Of a stretch of 64,000 nucleotides of DNA, positions 1 through 10,791 are shown in pieces. Below the pieces are notes generated by a model. It saw only the letters and a program-made list of their open reading frames with translations, searched no databases and had not been told where the DNA came from. This stretch comes from Hyphomicrobiales bacterium (GTDB lineage Bacteria > Pseudomonadota > Alphaproteobacteria > Rhizobiales > Hyphomicrobiaceae). The position numbers and the translations under genes are program-made. The stretch's first letter is position 1. Each line of letters begins with the position of its first letter. The stretch lies in contig JANLQP010000104.1 in NCBI GenBank assembly GCA_031367895.1, positions 6,375 through 70,374 on the forward strand. The letters run 5' to 3'.

Positions 1-206
1 GCACGTCATGTTTGATCAAGCTCCGGTCGGCTACTCCGAGATCGTGCTCGATTTCCTCGGACGCCACCCCGGTTGACCCGCTGCCGATGCGCGGCCCTTT
101 CCCTCCCTGCCTCCTGTGCTACGCTCGGCGCACAAACCAGAACCGGCACCCGTCTCGGCCGGCCCAGATCCAACGCATTTGCCATCACATCTGAGTGAGA
201 GAAAAC

Positions 207-1568
207 ATGTCAGCCACCACCGCCGCCGCCACCGAGGTCACCAAGGGCCTCGCCACCTGGGCCGCCGCCTACAACACCAAGCTCGCGACACCCGACGCCG
301 ATACCTGGGCGAAGCACGCCCTGCTCGACTGGTTCGCGTGCGCGATCGCTGGCGCCAGGGAGCCGTTGACCGACATCCTCGCCGAGGAATTCAAGAGTAG
401 CACCGGCGGGGCATCCACGTTGATCGCGCGTGGTGCCAAGGCAAGCCCTCATGACGCAGCGCTCGTGAACGGCGCGGCTTCGCACGCGCTCGACTACGAC
501 GACGTCAACCAGATGATGGGCGGCCATCCGACCGTGCCCGTTGCCGCCGCCGTGCTCGCCCTCGGTGAAGCGCTCGGCAAGAGCGGCCGCGACATGCTCA
601 CGGCGTTCATCGCCGGCTACGAGGTTGAATGTCAGCTCGGACAGATGGCCGGCGACAAGCACTATGATCTAGGGTTCCATGCGACTGGCACCTACGGCAC
701 GTTCGGCGCGACCGCCGGCGTCGCCAAGCTGATGGGCCTCGATGCCGACAAGACCATGATGGCGCTCGGCATCGCCGCGTCGCAGGCGTCCGGCTTGAAA
801 ATCAACTTCGGCACCATGACAAAACCGCTGCACGCCGGCAAAGCCGCCATGAACGGCCTCATCGCCGCCCGCCTCGCGGCGCGCGATTTCACGGCCCGCG
901 GCGATGCGATCGAGGCGCCGCAAGGCTTCATCGCCACACAGGTGCCGGGGTTCAAGCCGGCCACCGTCCGGCCGAATGCAAAAGCGCCGCTGGCCGTTGA
1001 ATCGAACCTCTTCAAGTACCACGCCGCCTGCTATCTGACGCACTCCTCGATCGAGGCGATCCGCGAGCTGAAGCGCCAGCACAACATCAGCGTCGACGAC
1101 ATGAAGGTGATGACGCTGCACGTCGACGCTGGTCACACCAAGGTCTGCGATATCGCCGAGCCGAAATCTGGCCTCGAGATCAAGTTCGCGATCCGGCATC
1201 TTTCAGGCATGGCGCTCGCGGGCGAGGACACGGCAGCGCTCGGCACGTACTCCGATCAGAACGCCCTCGACCAGCGTTTCGTTGCTCTCCGCGAGCGCAT
1301 CAAGCTCGACACCAAGCCGGACCCGAAGCGGCACCGTCATGGTGCCACCGTCTCGATCGAGCTGAAGGACGGCCGCACGCTCAAGACCGACTTCAATGTC
1401 GGCGTACCCGCGAAAGACGTGGCTGCGCAGGGCGAAAAACTCGAGGCCAAGTTCCACGCGCTCGCCGAGCCGGTGATCGGCCGCGCCAAAACGAAGACAG
1501 CGATCGGCCTCATCAACCGCTTCGAGTCGTTGCCGAACCTGAAGACGCTGATGGAAGCGATTGCGTGA
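207..1568 (+). CDS. MmgE/PrpD family protein (2-methylcitrate dehydratase-like)
   Basis: ORF 195..1568. ATG at 207 follows a GAGAG-like RBS. Family-typical stretches include SHALDYDDV and GFHATGTYGTFGA. Length is about 453 aa. Confidence 0.85.
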   Translation: MSATTAAATEVTKGLATWAAAYNTKLATPDADTWAKHALLDWFACAIAGAREPLTDILAEEFKSSTGGASTLIARGAKASPHDAALVNGAASHALDYDDVNQMMGGHPTVPVAAAVLALGEALGKSGRDMLTAFIAGYEVECQLGQMAGDKHYDLGFHATGTYGTFGATAGVAKLMGLDADKTMMALGIAASQASGLKINFGTMTKPLHAGKAAMNGLIAARLAARDFTARGDAIEAPQGFIATQVPGFKPATVRPNAKAPLAVESNLFKYHAACYLTHSSIEAIRELKRQHNISVDDMKVMTLHVDAGHTKVCDIAEPKSGLEIKFAIRHLSGMALAGEDTAALGTYSDQNALDQRFVALRERIKLDTKPDPKRHRHGATVSIELKDGRTLKTDFNVGVPAKDVAAQGEKLEAKFHALAEPVIGRAKTKTAIGLINRFESLPNLKTLMEAIA

Positions 1569-1704
1569 GTGCAGTTGTGAAGTCGTGAATTGGTGAATGC
1601 GTGAGTAGGCAGCTGTCGCTCCGAATTCAGGACCATTTCGCGACTTCACTATTTCAACAATTCACGTAACTCCCGCAGTCACGAATTCACGGCTCCTTCT
1701 GCAC

Positions 1705-2946
1705 ATGCCTCAACCCAAGCCCACCGGCGCGCTCGACGGCGTCGTCGTCATCGACTTCACACAGATGTTGTCCGGTCCGTTTGCGGCGATGCTGCTGGCG
1801 GATCAGGGCGCGCGCGTCATCAAGATCGAGCCGCCGGGCGGCGACCAGACGCGCAAGTTCGGACCGTTCCGCGCCGGGCAGTTGACGATGGCGGACGGCG
1901 GATACGGCGGTTATTTCGCCTCTACCAACCGCAACAAAGAATCGCTCGTCGTCGATCTCAAATCGCCGGAAGGCCGCGCGGTCATCGAGCGTTTGGTGGC
2001 GAAGGCCGACATACTGATCGAGAACTTCCGTTCCGGCGTCATGGAACGGCTCGGTCTTGGTTATGAAGCGCTTGCGAAAATCAACCCGCGTCTCGTCTAC
2101 GGCGCCATTCGCGGCTTCGGCGACGCCCGCACGGGCAAGAGCCCCTACGGCGAGTGGCCGGCTTACGACGTCGTCGCGCAGGCGATGGGCGGCATCATGG
2201 GCATTACATCCACGAAACCCGGCGGCCAGCCGACCAAGATCGGGCCCGGCGTCGGCGACATCGTGCCGGCGATGCAGTGCGCGTTCGGCCTCGTCTCGGC
2301 GCTCTATCGCGCACGCGGCACCGGCCAGGGCCAGTTCGTCGACGTCGCCATGGTCGATGGCGTGCTCGCCTTGTGCGAGCGCATCGTCTTCCAGCACAGT
2401 ATCGACGGCAGCGTCCCCGGCCCCGAGGGCAACAGCCACCCGTTGCTCTGCCCCTACGGTTTGTTTCAGGCGAAAGACGGTTGGGTCGCGATCGGCTGCC
2501 CGCACGACGAATTCTGGAAGCTGCTTGCACGCTCCATGGGCCTTGGTGAAATGGCGGACGATCCGCGCTATGCGGTAATTTCCGAGCGTTTGAAGCGCCG
2601 TGCCGATGTCGAGGGCGCCGTCACTGCCTGGACCAGCGCGCGCACGAAGGCCGAAATCTCAACCGTGCTTGGCGGCAAGGTTCCGTTTGGCCCCGTGCAG
2701 CAGGTGGACGAGATCTTCGCCGACCCGCACACCGCCGCACGCGGAATGCTTGCAACGGTTGAGTTGCCCGGCTGCCCCGATCACCCGCTCGTCATCGCCG
2801 GCACGGCCGTCAAAATGACCGCAACGCCCGGCGGTGTCCGCACACGTGCCCCACTCACAGGCGAACACACGGCGAGGGTGCTCGGCGACTTCGGATTTAC
2901 AGAGATCGAGGTCGCCAAGCTGCGCACAGCGAAGGCGGTGGGCTGA
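1705..2946 (+). CDS. Family III CoA-transferase (CaiB/BaiF-like)
   Basis: 413-aa ORF. N-terminal LDGVVVIDFTQMLSGPFAAMLLADQGARVIKIEPPGGD is typical of class III CoA transferases. It lies directly downstream of the PrpD-like gene. Confidence 0.9.
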   Translation: MPQPKPTGALDGVVVIDFTQMLSGPFAAMLLADQGARVIKIEPPGGDQTRKFGPFRAGQLTMADGGYGGYFASTNRNKESLVVDLKSPEGRAVIERLVAKADILIENFRSGVMERLGLGYEALAKINPRLVYGAIRGFGDARTGKSPYGEWPAYDVVAQAMGGIMGITSTKPGGQPTKIGPGVGDIVPAMQCAFGLVSALYRARGTGQGQFVDVAMVDGVLALCERIVFQHSIDGSVPGPEGNSHPLLCPYGLFQAKDGWVAIGCPHDEFWKLLARSMGLGEMADDPRYAVISERLKRRADVEGAVTAWTSARTKAEISTVLGGKVPFGPVQQVDEIFADPHTAARGMLATVELPGCPDHPLVIAGTAVKMTATPGGVRTRAPLTGEHTARVLGDFGFTEIEVAKLRTAKAVG

Positions 2947-3021
2947 CGCTCTCAATCACCTACGGGTTGCCCGGTCTAATACCGTTGTGCAGATTGTTTG
3001 ACCTGTGCTTCGCCGCTGCCC

Positions 3022-3062
3022 GCGCCATCCGGCCGGCTCCCTGCAGGGGAGTCGGATGGCGC
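3022..3062. terminator. Strong hairpin between convergent genes (possible bidirectional terminator)
   Basis: GCGCCATCCG (3022..3031) pairs perfectly with CGGATGGCGC (3053..3062). There is also an inner CTCCC/GGGAG stem. It sits between the stop of the CoA-transferase and the stop of the DegP-like gene. No clear U-tract. Confidence 0.4.
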
Positions 3063-3165
3063 AAAGTAAAAGCGATACCGGCGCCTGGCTGATCGATGAC
3101 AGGTCGAACATTTTGCTCGCCGGTCTAACGCTCTGCAAGCGGCGCGTAGGCCGGGAACCGGACGC

Positions 3166-4677
3166 TCACTCGATCGGGACGGCGACGAAGCGCAAATCAC
3201 CCTTGCCTTCTTCGATCCGCAGCAACACTTGCTTGCGGCCGGCCTTCTTCACCTTCTCGATTGCCTTGCTGACATCCTCGACAGAGGTCACCGGGTCCTG
3301 CGCGGCTTCAACGATGACATCGCCGGCCTTGATGCCCTTCTGCGCCGCCTGACTGGCCGGATCGACCTCGACGACGACCACACCCTTCACTTTCGGATCG
3401 ATCTTGTGCTTGGTGCGCAGTTCGTCGGTGATCGCCGAAAGGCCGAGACCGATCAGTGCCTTGCCCGGGGCCTTGTCCGCGCCGGGCTTCTTTGAATCCT
3501 TGTCGTCCTTCTTGTCCTCGTCCTCCTGCAGGCGTCCGACGACGGCCTTCAGCACCTTCTTCTGGCCCTTGCGCAGCACCTCGACGTCGACTGTGCGGCC
3601 GACCGGCGTCTGCGAGACGACACGCGGCAGCCCGCGCATGGTGGATACATCCTTGCCGTCGAACTTGGTCACCACGTCGCCCGCCTCGATGCCGGCCTTG
3701 GCGGCCGGGCCGTCCGGCGTCACGCCGGAGATCAGCGCGCCGGTGTTCTCCTTGACGCCGAGCGTCTCGGCGATGTCGTCGGTGACGGACTGGATCTTGA
3801 CGCCGAGCCAGCCACGGCGTGTCTCGCCGAACTGCTTCAACTGCTCGACGACGGACATGACCGTGTCGGACGGGACCGCGAAACCGATACCGATCGAGCC
3901 ACCAGTCGGGGAGATGATGGCCGTGTTCACGCCGATCACTTCGCCGTCCATGCTGAACAGCGGACCACCGGAGTTGCCCTTGTTGATCGCGGCGTCCGTC
4001 TGCAGGAAGTCGTCGTAGGGTCCCGAATTGATATCGCGCTGCTTGGCCGAGATAATGCCGACCGTCACCGAACCGCCGAGGCCGAACGGGTTGCCGATCG
4101 CCATCACCCAATCACCGACCTTCATGCCCTGTGAGCTGCCGAACGGCACAGACTTGAGCGGTTTTTTCGGCGTCACCTTGAGCAATGCCAGATCCGTCTT
4201 GGTGTCCTTGCCGAGAACCTTGTCGACCTTCAGTTTCGAGCCGTCGGAAAAGTTGATGATGATCTCGTCTGCGCCTTCGATCACGTGATGGTTGGTGACG
4301 ATCAGACCTTCCTTGGCGTCGATGACGAAGCCGGAGCCGAGTGAGGAGACCTTGCGGTCAGTCGGCTGGCGGCCGCCGCGCTTATTGAAGAAGTCCTCGA
4401 AGAACTCTTCGAAGGGCGATCCCTTCGGCACGTTCGGCAGTGGCACGCCCTGCGGGCCCTTCACGGTCTGACTGGTCGAAATATTGACCACCGCGTCGAT
4501 CAGCCTCTCCGCGAGCGGTGCAACCGACTGCGGACCGATGCGCCCCTGCGCCAGCACGGGTGCGGTCATCGGCAGGGTCAATGGTAGAGAAACGGCTAGG
4601 ACCGCCAGCACTGAGGTGGCGCATGCCCAGCGCGACGTGGCCGACTTCGCTGTGCGGGCGTTGGCAATAGGTGTCAT
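3166..4677 (-). CDS. Do/DegP/HtrA family periplasmic serine endoprotease with two PDZ domains
   Basis: ORF 3166..4755. I prefer the ATG at 4677, which has GAGGA 6 nt upstream. Signal-peptide-like N-terminus, His motif TNHHV and catalytic Ser motif GNSGGPL. The two C-terminal repeats look like PDZ domains. Confidence 0.9.
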   Translation of the reverse strand: MTPIANARTAKSATSRWACATSVLAVLAVSLPLTLPMTAPVLAQGRIGPQSVAPLAERLIDAVVNISTSQTVKGPQGVPLPNVPKGSPFEEFFEDFFNKRGGRQPTDRKVSSLGSGFVIDAKEGLIVTNHHVIEGADEIIINFSDGSKLKVDKVLGKDTKTDLALLKVTPKKPLKSVPFGSSQGMKVGDWVMAIGNPFGLGGSVTVGIISAKQRDINSGPYDDFLQTDAAINKGNSGGPLFSMDGEVIGVNTAIISPTGGSIGIGFAVPSDTVMSVVEQLKQFGETRRGWLGVKIQSVTDDIAETLGVKENTGALISGVTPDGPAAKAGIEAGDVVTKFDGKDVSTMRGLPRVVSQTPVGRTVDVEVLRKGQKKVLKAVVGRLQEDEDKKDDKDSKKPGADKAPGKALIGLGLSAITDELRTKHKIDPKVKGVVVVEVDPASQAAQKGIKAGDVIVEAAQDPVTSVEDVSKAIEKVKKAGRKQVLLRIEEGKGDLRFVAVPIE

Positions 4678-4907
4678 GTGCATTCCTCGCTGGGCCGGGC
4701 GCTCGCGGACCCCCGTGTTGCCGGGTTGAATTCGTCCGTGTGGCCGGTTTGGCACTCCGGGCTATCCATTGGTGCGAAAATGACCGGAGTCAACGGCAGG
4801 ACTAGGGCAAACAGCCGTGATCGCCGGTCATATAACGAAGGGGCGGACGAGCGCTCTGCCCCTCCGTCCCTGAGATTGCCCCGAGATTGCGCTGAGGTTT
4901 CCCGTTC

Positions 4908-5915
4908 TCAGCTACCCGGCAGATCGTGGATCTCTGGAAAGAACAGGTCCTTCCAGTCGGCCGTCTTCACCTTGATCGTGCCAACAGAATGCATGAACTC
5001 GACGAATTTCAGCGTGTGCTCCGGCACCATGGTCCACTTGACCTGCGGGCCGCCGGCGATCTCCGTCACCTTCTCGATCGTCATCTTGGCCTTGTTGGCA
5101 TCGATCCAGTACTGCGAGGCCTTCTTCAGGTCCTTGTTCACCAGTTCCGTTGCCTCGCGCATGGCACTGACGATCGCCTTGAACAGGACCGGGTTCTTGG
5201 CGCGGAACTCCGAAGTCGCCCAGCCCACCGTCAATGTATGCGGCCCGCCGAACACATCGAACGAATTGAGCACCGTGTGGATGCCGGGCGTCTCGAGTTG
5301 TTGCGACTGATAGGGTGGCACCGAGAACACGCTGTTGATGCCCGAGCCGGCGAGCAGAGCCACCGTCGAGTCGGGCGGCGACATTGCAACCGTCAGCGGA
5401 TCGAGCTTGGCGTACTCGGCATTGCCCCACTGCTTGGCTGCTGCCATATGCAGGATGATCGCCTGGATCGAGACCTTCACCGAGGGCAGCGCGATCTTGT
5501 CCTCGGTCGTGAAGTCCGCGATCGTCTTCGCTTTCGGATTGCGCGTGTTGAGCAGGATGGGTTGCGAGGTGAAGGCACCGAAGCTCTTCACCGCCTGCGG
5601 CGTGCCCCGCGTCTTGGCCCAGAGTGTGAGCAATCCCGGCACGCCACCCGCAACGAGCTCCACCGAGCCCGACAGCAGTGCATCGTTGATGGCGGCCGGG
5701 CCGCTGATGATGGTCCAGTTCACCTTCACATCAGGAAGACCGGCAGCCTTCGCGTGCTTCTCGATCAACCCCTCGCGTTCCATCACGTTGAACTGCAGGT
5801 AGCCCATCGAGAATTGCCGCACGATCTTGATCTCGGACACCTCGGCCGCGGCGCTTCCCGCCCAGGCGAGCAGCGAAACCATGCCTGCCGCCGCCTTCAA
5901 CCACTTCGCCAACAT
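4908..5915 (-). CDS. ABC transporter substrate-binding protein (NMT1/THI5-like, nitrate/sulfonate/bicarbonate type)
   Basis: This is the C-terminal 335 aa of the 622-aa ORF, starting at MLAKWLKAAAGMVSLLAWAGSAAAE (signal peptide). The upstream part of the ORF is an Arg-rich read-through of the next gene region. Confidence 0.75.
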   Translation of the reverse strand: MLAKWLKAAAGMVSLLAWAGSAAAEVSEIKIVRQFSMGYLQFNVMEREGLIEKHAKAAGLPDVKVNWTIISGPAAINDALLSGSVELVAGGVPGLLTLWAKTRGTPQAVKSFGAFTSQPILLNTRNPKAKTIADFTTEDKIALPSVKVSIQAIILHMAAAKQWGNAEYAKLDPLTVAMSPPDSTVALLAGSGINSVFSVPPYQSQQLETPGIHTVLNSFDVFGGPHTLTVGWATSEFRAKNPVLFKAIVSAMREATELVNKDLKKASQYWIDANKAKMTIEKVTEIAGGPQVKWTMVPEHTLKFVEFMHSVGTIKVKTADWKDLFFPEIHDLPGS

Positions 5916-5980
5916 CGTTGGTCTTCTCCCTGGTCGTTTCTGTCGCGTTTCGTCAGACCTCGGCTGGCGCCTGTTGGGCA

Positions 5981-6730
5981 TCAGAGCATCTGTCCGCCGT
6001 CGACGCTGATCGTCTGCCCCGTAACCCAGCCTGCCGTGTCGCTGAGCAGGAAGGCAGCCACGCTCGCGATCTCTTCGGCCGTGCCCATGCGTCCCCACGG
6101 AATGCTCTTCAGCGTGCCTTCGTACAGTTTCGGATCGGTGGTCTTGCGCTGGTCCCAGACGCCGCCCGGAAACTCGATCGAGCCTGGCGCGATGGCATTG
6201 ACGCGAATGCGCTTTGGCGACAACGTCAGCGCTTGGCTCTGTGTGTAGTTGATGATCGCGCATTTGACCGCAGCATAGGGGGCGCTGCGCACGGAAGCGG
6301 CATAGCCGGCGATCGATGAGATATTGAGGATCGAGCTGCCCTTGTTGCGTTCCAGATGCGGGATCGCAGCGTGCGATGCGCGCACTGTCGCCATCAAGTC
6401 GACGTTGAGCCCGGCCGCCCAACCCGCCTCGTCGTCCTTCATACCGAAGCCGGACGCATTGTTGACGAGAATGTCGATGCCGCCGAGCGCGGCTGCTGCA
6501 GCTCCGACATACTGCGTGACAGCGGGACCGTTGCCGAGATCGCAAGCGGCCGTGTGCACTTTTCCACCATGCGCGGAGAGCGCTTTCTCGGCCTGCCCGA
6601 GACTCTCCGCGCCGCGCGCGCAGATCGACACGCTGGCACCGTCGCGTGCGAGCACCGTTGCAATCGCGAGGCCGATGCCGCGGCTGCCACCGCAAATGAC
6701 GGCGCGTTTGCCCTTGAATGAAATCTGCAT
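5981..6730 (-). CDS. SDR family oxidoreductase
   Basis: Starts at MQISFKGKRAVICGGSRGIG (Rossmann glycine motif). It has NNAS and YAAVK (YxxxK) motifs. 249 aa, a typical classical SDR size. Confidence 0.9.
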   Translation of the reverse strand: MQISFKGKRAVICGGSRGIGLAIATVLARDGASVSICARGAESLGQAEKALSAHGGKVHTAACDLGNGPAVTQYVGAAAAALGGIDILVNNASGFGMKDDEAGWAAGLNVDLMATVRASHAAIPHLERNKGSSILNISSIAGYAASVRSAPYAAVKCAIINYTQSQALTLSPKRIRVNAIAPGSIEFPGGVWDQRKTTDPKLYEGTLKSIPWGRMGTAEEIASVAAFLLSDTAGWVTGQTISVDGGQML

Positions 6731-6842
6731 GTCGGATCCTTCCCGTTCCGTTGGCGTTTCGGGGGGACCATGGCACCGCAAACTAGGGCTGACAATGCCG
6801 AATGGGCAGAGCTGGCGAACTGTCCGCGATGCCGAGCTGGCG

Positions 6843-9800
6843 CTACTTCTTCTGGCTCTTGCCATCCGTGGTGACGGTTCCGGACGACCAGCCGTCGCTG
6901 ACCTCGGGCTCCGCTCGCGGCTTGGGAGCGCTCTTGCTCTTGCGGCGCAACTCAGTTGGCTGGCTGGCACGCACCTGCGGCACGGCCTCGGGGTTGGCGA
7001 CGGGGTTCTCGGCACGCGGCGTGACGCGCGGATTGCTCGGTGTCATCTGCATCAGTTCGCGCGTGATGCCCGGCGTCAGCGCCGACAACGGATTGACGAC
7101 AACCTGTGGATCGGATGTCGAGCCTTCAACCGCGAATGTGATCCCGAACACGCCTTCGCCGCGCGGGCCCGTCAGGATTGGTCCGAACAGCGGCAACTGA
7201 CTGAAGAGGCGGTTGAGGCCGGACAGTGGCACGTAGGTTCCGCCGAGATGCATGCGCTTTGCACGGAAATCGACCTTGCCTTGCGCGCTCGCCCCGATCA
7301 GCGGTCCCTTCGCGAGGGCGCGGTGAATGACGAGCTGCGAGTTGCCGATCGAGAAAGCACCGTCGAAGCTTTCGAAGTCGAACTGCTCGCGCACGACAGT
7401 GCGCCTGCCGCCGGGCGCGATGGATTTCATGGTCTGGGTGCCGTCCGGCGACTGTAGAACTTCGGCGATGATCGGATCGCCGAGGACCTTGAAGTTCTCG
7501 ATCTGGATCTTGCCGCTCTTTTCGGCAGCGCCGCTGTTGTCTATGTTGACGCTGATATGGCCCTTGCCCCCGATCATGTTCGAATAGAGCCCGATCAGCT
7601 TCAGTGCTTGGCCGGTGTCGGGCGTATCGACGATGAGCACCCTTGGCTGGCCGGGGGTGACCTGCATCATGGCGGTCAATGGCGCGCCGCCATCGAGCTT
7701 GCCTTTCAATTCGAGCGCCGTGAACAGACCTGCTCGCTTCTTGGCTTTCACTGTCAACTGCTTGAGCGAGGTATCGTTCGGGCCGAGTATCGTCGCGATT
7801 TCGGCGCTTACGTCGATGCCCGGCTTGCCCTTGCGCGGTGGCTTTGGCGGTTCCGTCTCGAACGAGAACAGCGAGCGGAAGAGATCGGCGCCATCGAAGG
7901 TCTTGCCGGTCGCCTTGATGTCCCAGACGCGATCCGGACGCAGTGTCCCCTTGACCTCGAGATTGGTCACCACGTTCAACGAGAACTCGGGGAAATCGTA
8001 GGCACGCGCCTTGTTGTCCGGGCCGATCGAAACCCAACCCTCGATGGCGATGTTCTCGCCGGAAATCTTGAAGTTCTGCAGCTCGATACCCTTGCCCTGG
8101 GCACCTTTGCCGACATCGAACTCGAGGCGCGCGGGACGGCCGACAGGTTTGCGCCACTGAACCTCGTCGAGCATCAGTGTTGCCGATGTCAGGTCGCCGA
8201 TGACATGGACTCGCGCAGGCTCGTCGTTTGCGCCGCGCTCGATCGTGACCTCGAACGGTACTTCGCCCTGCACGAGCTCTTCGAGCTCGAGGCCAAACTG
8301 CGCGCGATCCGCGTTGTCCAGGCGCGCCGTAATGCGCAACGGCGGCTGGCGACCATCGGGTGTATTTGCGAACCATTGGCCGGAAACCTTGGCGATCACG
8401 CCGGCCAGCAGCATGTCGCCCTTCAACTCGACGCCCTTCTCGTTCACGTCAATCGTCATCGTGGCGCCGCTGACATCGTGTGTCCCGATAATATCCTTGA
8501 TGCGGCCGTCCGTGACGCGCGCTTTGCCCTCGATACGAGCATCGGCGAGCGTCACCGTGTCGTCGAGCGGAATTGCGACCTTGAACTGGGCCTCGACTTT
8601 GCCGTCGATGTTCGCCAGCGGCAGGCTCGGCTTGGCGATACCGAACTGGCCGCGCTCTATAAGATCGATCACGGCCGGCAGAGGGCCTTGCAGGCGCCCG
8701 GCGATCTCGGCAACCGGACGGGCCTGATCGATGCCGATCAGCGTGATGCGTCCACCTTTCAAGGCGATCTTGCGGTTGGCTGCCGAAGTGATTGCCGCTT
8801 CCGGGATCGTCACCTCGACGCTCGCGCCTTCGACCCGGAGCAGCGCGCGTGGCACTTGGAGCGGCGGCAAGCCTTTGCGCAACTCGATCTCGAGATCGTT
8901 GGCCTCCAGCGAGACGGATATACGGCGATCACGGCCAGCCGCGCCGTTCGAAACGATGAACGCGCCGCCCTTCAATTGGCCCTTGATCAGGCTTTCCTGG
9001 ATGCGCGCCCGGTGTTGCGGCGCGAGATTGACCGGCCAGAACGCCCGCAACGTCTCGATCGAGGCGGCACCGATTCGGCCTTCGAGTGCCGTGTCGTCAC
9101 CGATGCGGCCATTCATCGTCAGCTCTGCGCCGCCAGCCTTGATGGTGAACTCACTCAGTTCGATCGCATTGCCTGCGCCGCCCACACCACCACTGGCGCG
9201 AAACCGATCGATCGGAATCGCTGCGCCGCCGGCCGGCTTGAGGAATGATCCACCTGCGCCGCGAAGCTCGAACAGAAATGGCTTTGGTGCTGCCGCCGGC
9301 GCCGACGTGACGTGACCTTCGAACGCCAGCGCACCGCTGCCAGACACGACGTTGGCCGCTGCGATCTCGAGCCGGCGGGCCGCGCCGTCGAAGCGCAACG
9401 TCACCGTTGCCGTTTCAACAAGCAATGGCGAACCATCGGGAAGCGTGACGTCGACCTTGCCCGCGCCGGCGGCAACGTCGATCTTGGCTTCGAGAATGTC
9501 GCCTTCCGGCGTCAACTCGATCACGGCTTCGCCTTTCAGAGGCGATTCGATGCCGGAAAAGCCGCTGATGCCAGGCAAAGCCATGGCCAGCTCGGCTGGA
9601 ATCAAGCGGTCGAACTTGATGCTGAGCGGGATCGTTTTAGACTTCTGTCCTTCGTCGGCGCGGACGCTCAAGGTCCACGGCTCGCGCCCGGATTGAATGG
9701 TGGCATCAAGCGTCAGGCGGCTGCGCTTCTGGCGATGGGCGAGCCCGAGCCGCATCTCAGGCACCTGCCAAACATGGCGGCGGCCGCGATCGTCGAGAAT

Positions 9801-10652
9801 GACGCTGGCGTCACGTAGGCCGATGGATTCCAGGTGCGAGGCGACTTCGCCCGACTGCCGGCTGCGGGCCAGCATCTGCGCCAGTGACCGGGCGATATCG
9901 AAATGCGCGGCAGCAGTGCTCGTCGCGATCGGGGCTGTTTGCGTTGGCGATGGGCCCGGTGTGGCTGCCACAGTTGTCGATGGGGCGTGCGTCGCGTTTG
10001 GCGCAGCCGTAACGGTTGCGTCGGCTTTCGGCCCTTCGCTGATGCTGATCGAGATGTTGCCTTGCTCGTCGTGGGCGAGCAGCATGCGCGGCTCGATCAA
10101 GTCGATCCGCGCTGGCGCAATGCGGCCGGACCACATGGCCCGCCAGCTCAACTCGATGCCGGCGAAGGCCGCCATCGCCACTGGCACGTCCTGAGCATCG
10201 GCGACGCGGACCGATTTCAGGCGGAATTCCAGTCCGCCGCGCGGAGAGAGATGCAACATCGCATCCTCGACCGTCACGATCAGGCCATGCAACTCGGCAT
10301 TGAGCGCCCGCGTGATTGGATCGACCAGGAACGGAACCGTCAGCGGCGACGAAAGCAGTTTCAGATAAAGGAGGCCGCCGGCCACTAGGAGTAGGGGCAC
10401 GACGACGGCAATGCAGCGGACGCAGATGCCGAGCGGACGCAGGCAAAACGCCCAGAGAGGACCGCGCGCAGGCTGGGTCGAACGCTGCGGTATGCGTTTA
10501 CCCGTTGCTAGGACACCGCCGGTTCTGGTCGGCGAATCCACAGGGCGCGCCGCCCGTGCGGCCGGATGCGCCGGCCCTGTTGGGGCAGGACGGCCACGGC
10601 TCTCGTTGCCATCGCCCGTTGACGTCGCCAAGTACCCCACCCTCGTATGCAA
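6843..10652 (-). CDS. AsmA-like / YhdP-like (DUF3971-type) large envelope protein
   Basis: 1269-aa ORF with a single N-terminal TM segment (ICVRCIAVVVPLLLVAGGLLYLKLL). The long repetitive body looks beta-rich. Position next to bcp matches related alphaproteobacteria. The true start is uncertain because there is no internal ATG before the TM segment. Confidence 0.7.
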   Translation of the reverse strand: MHTRVGYLATSTGDGNESRGRPAPTGPAHPAARAARPVDSPTRTGGVLATGKRIPQRSTQPARGPLWAFCLRPLGICVRCIAVVVPLLLVAGGLLYLKLLSSPLTVPFLVDPITRALNAELHGLIVTVEDAMLHLSPRGGLEFRLKSVRVADAQDVPVAMAAFAGIELSWRAMWSGRIAPARIDLIEPRMLLAHDEQGNISISISEGPKADATVTAAPNATHAPSTTVAATPGPSPTQTAPIATSTAAAHFDIARSLAQMLARSRQSGEVASHLESIGLRDASVILDDRGRRHVWQVPEMRLGLAHRQKRSRLTLDATIQSGREPWTLSVRADEGQKSKTIPLSIKFDRLIPAELAMALPGISGFSGIESPLKGEAVIELTPEGDILEAKIDVAAGAGKVDVTLPDGSPLLVETATVTLRFDGAARRLEIAAANVVSGSGALAFEGHVTSAPAAAPKPFLFELRGAGGSFLKPAGGAAIPIDRFRASGGVGGAGNAIELSEFTIKAGGAELTMNGRIGDDTALEGRIGAASIETLRAFWPVNLAPQHRARIQESLIKGQLKGGAFIVSNGAAGRDRRISVSLEANDLEIELRKGLPPLQVPRALLRVEGASVEVTIPEAAITSAANRKIALKGGRITLIGIDQARPVAEIAGRLQGPLPAVIDLIERGQFGIAKPSLPLANIDGKVEAQFKVAIPLDDTVTLADARIEGKARVTDGRIKDIIGTHDVSGATMTIDVNEKGVELKGDMLLAGVIAKVSGQWFANTPDGRQPPLRITARLDNADRAQFGLELEELVQGEVPFEVTIERGANDEPARVHVIGDLTSATLMLDEVQWRKPVGRPARLEFDVGKGAQGKGIELQNFKISGENIAIEGWVSIGPDNKARAYDFPEFSLNVVTNLEVKGTLRPDRVWDIKATGKTFDGADLFRSLFSFETEPPKPPRKGKPGIDVSAEIATILGPNDTSLKQLTVKAKKRAGLFTALELKGKLDGGAPLTAMMQVTPGQPRVLIVDTPDTGQALKLIGLYSNMIGGKGHISVNIDNSGAAEKSGKIQIENFKVLGDPIIAEVLQSPDGTQTMKSIAPGGRRTVVREQFDFESFDGAFSIGNSQLVIHRALAKGPLIGASAQGKVDFRAKRMHLGGTYVPLSGLNRLFSQLPLFGPILTGPRGEGVFGITFAVEGSTSDPQVVVNPLSALTPGITRELMQMTPSNPRVTPRAENPVANPEAVPQVRASQPTELRRKSKSAPKPRAEPEVSDGWSSGTVTTDGKSQKK

Positions 10653-10791
10653 TCGCAGCCGGCCCGGCTGCGCTCGACCGGGACTGAGCCATCCCTGGCT
10701 CTGAAATCACTGGTCAATCCGCCCCACGCGAGCTTACGTAAAGCCTATGTGATCACACAATAGAGACGATAGGGACAAAAGGAAGGCGCAC

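Noticed and set aside
4908-6776. 622-aa ORF that would fuse an Arg-rich N-terminal half to the NMT1-like binding protein.
   Set aside because: The N-terminal half overlaps the SDR gene (5981..6730) in another frame and has junk composition. A signal-peptide start (MLAKWLK, 5915) gives a normal-sized binding protein.
6843-10652. The roughly 90-aa Arg/Pro-rich N-terminal extension of the AsmA-like protein as a distinct cytoplasmic domain.
   Set aside because: More likely the real start is a non-ATG codon closer to the TM segment. The extension has low-complexity composition.
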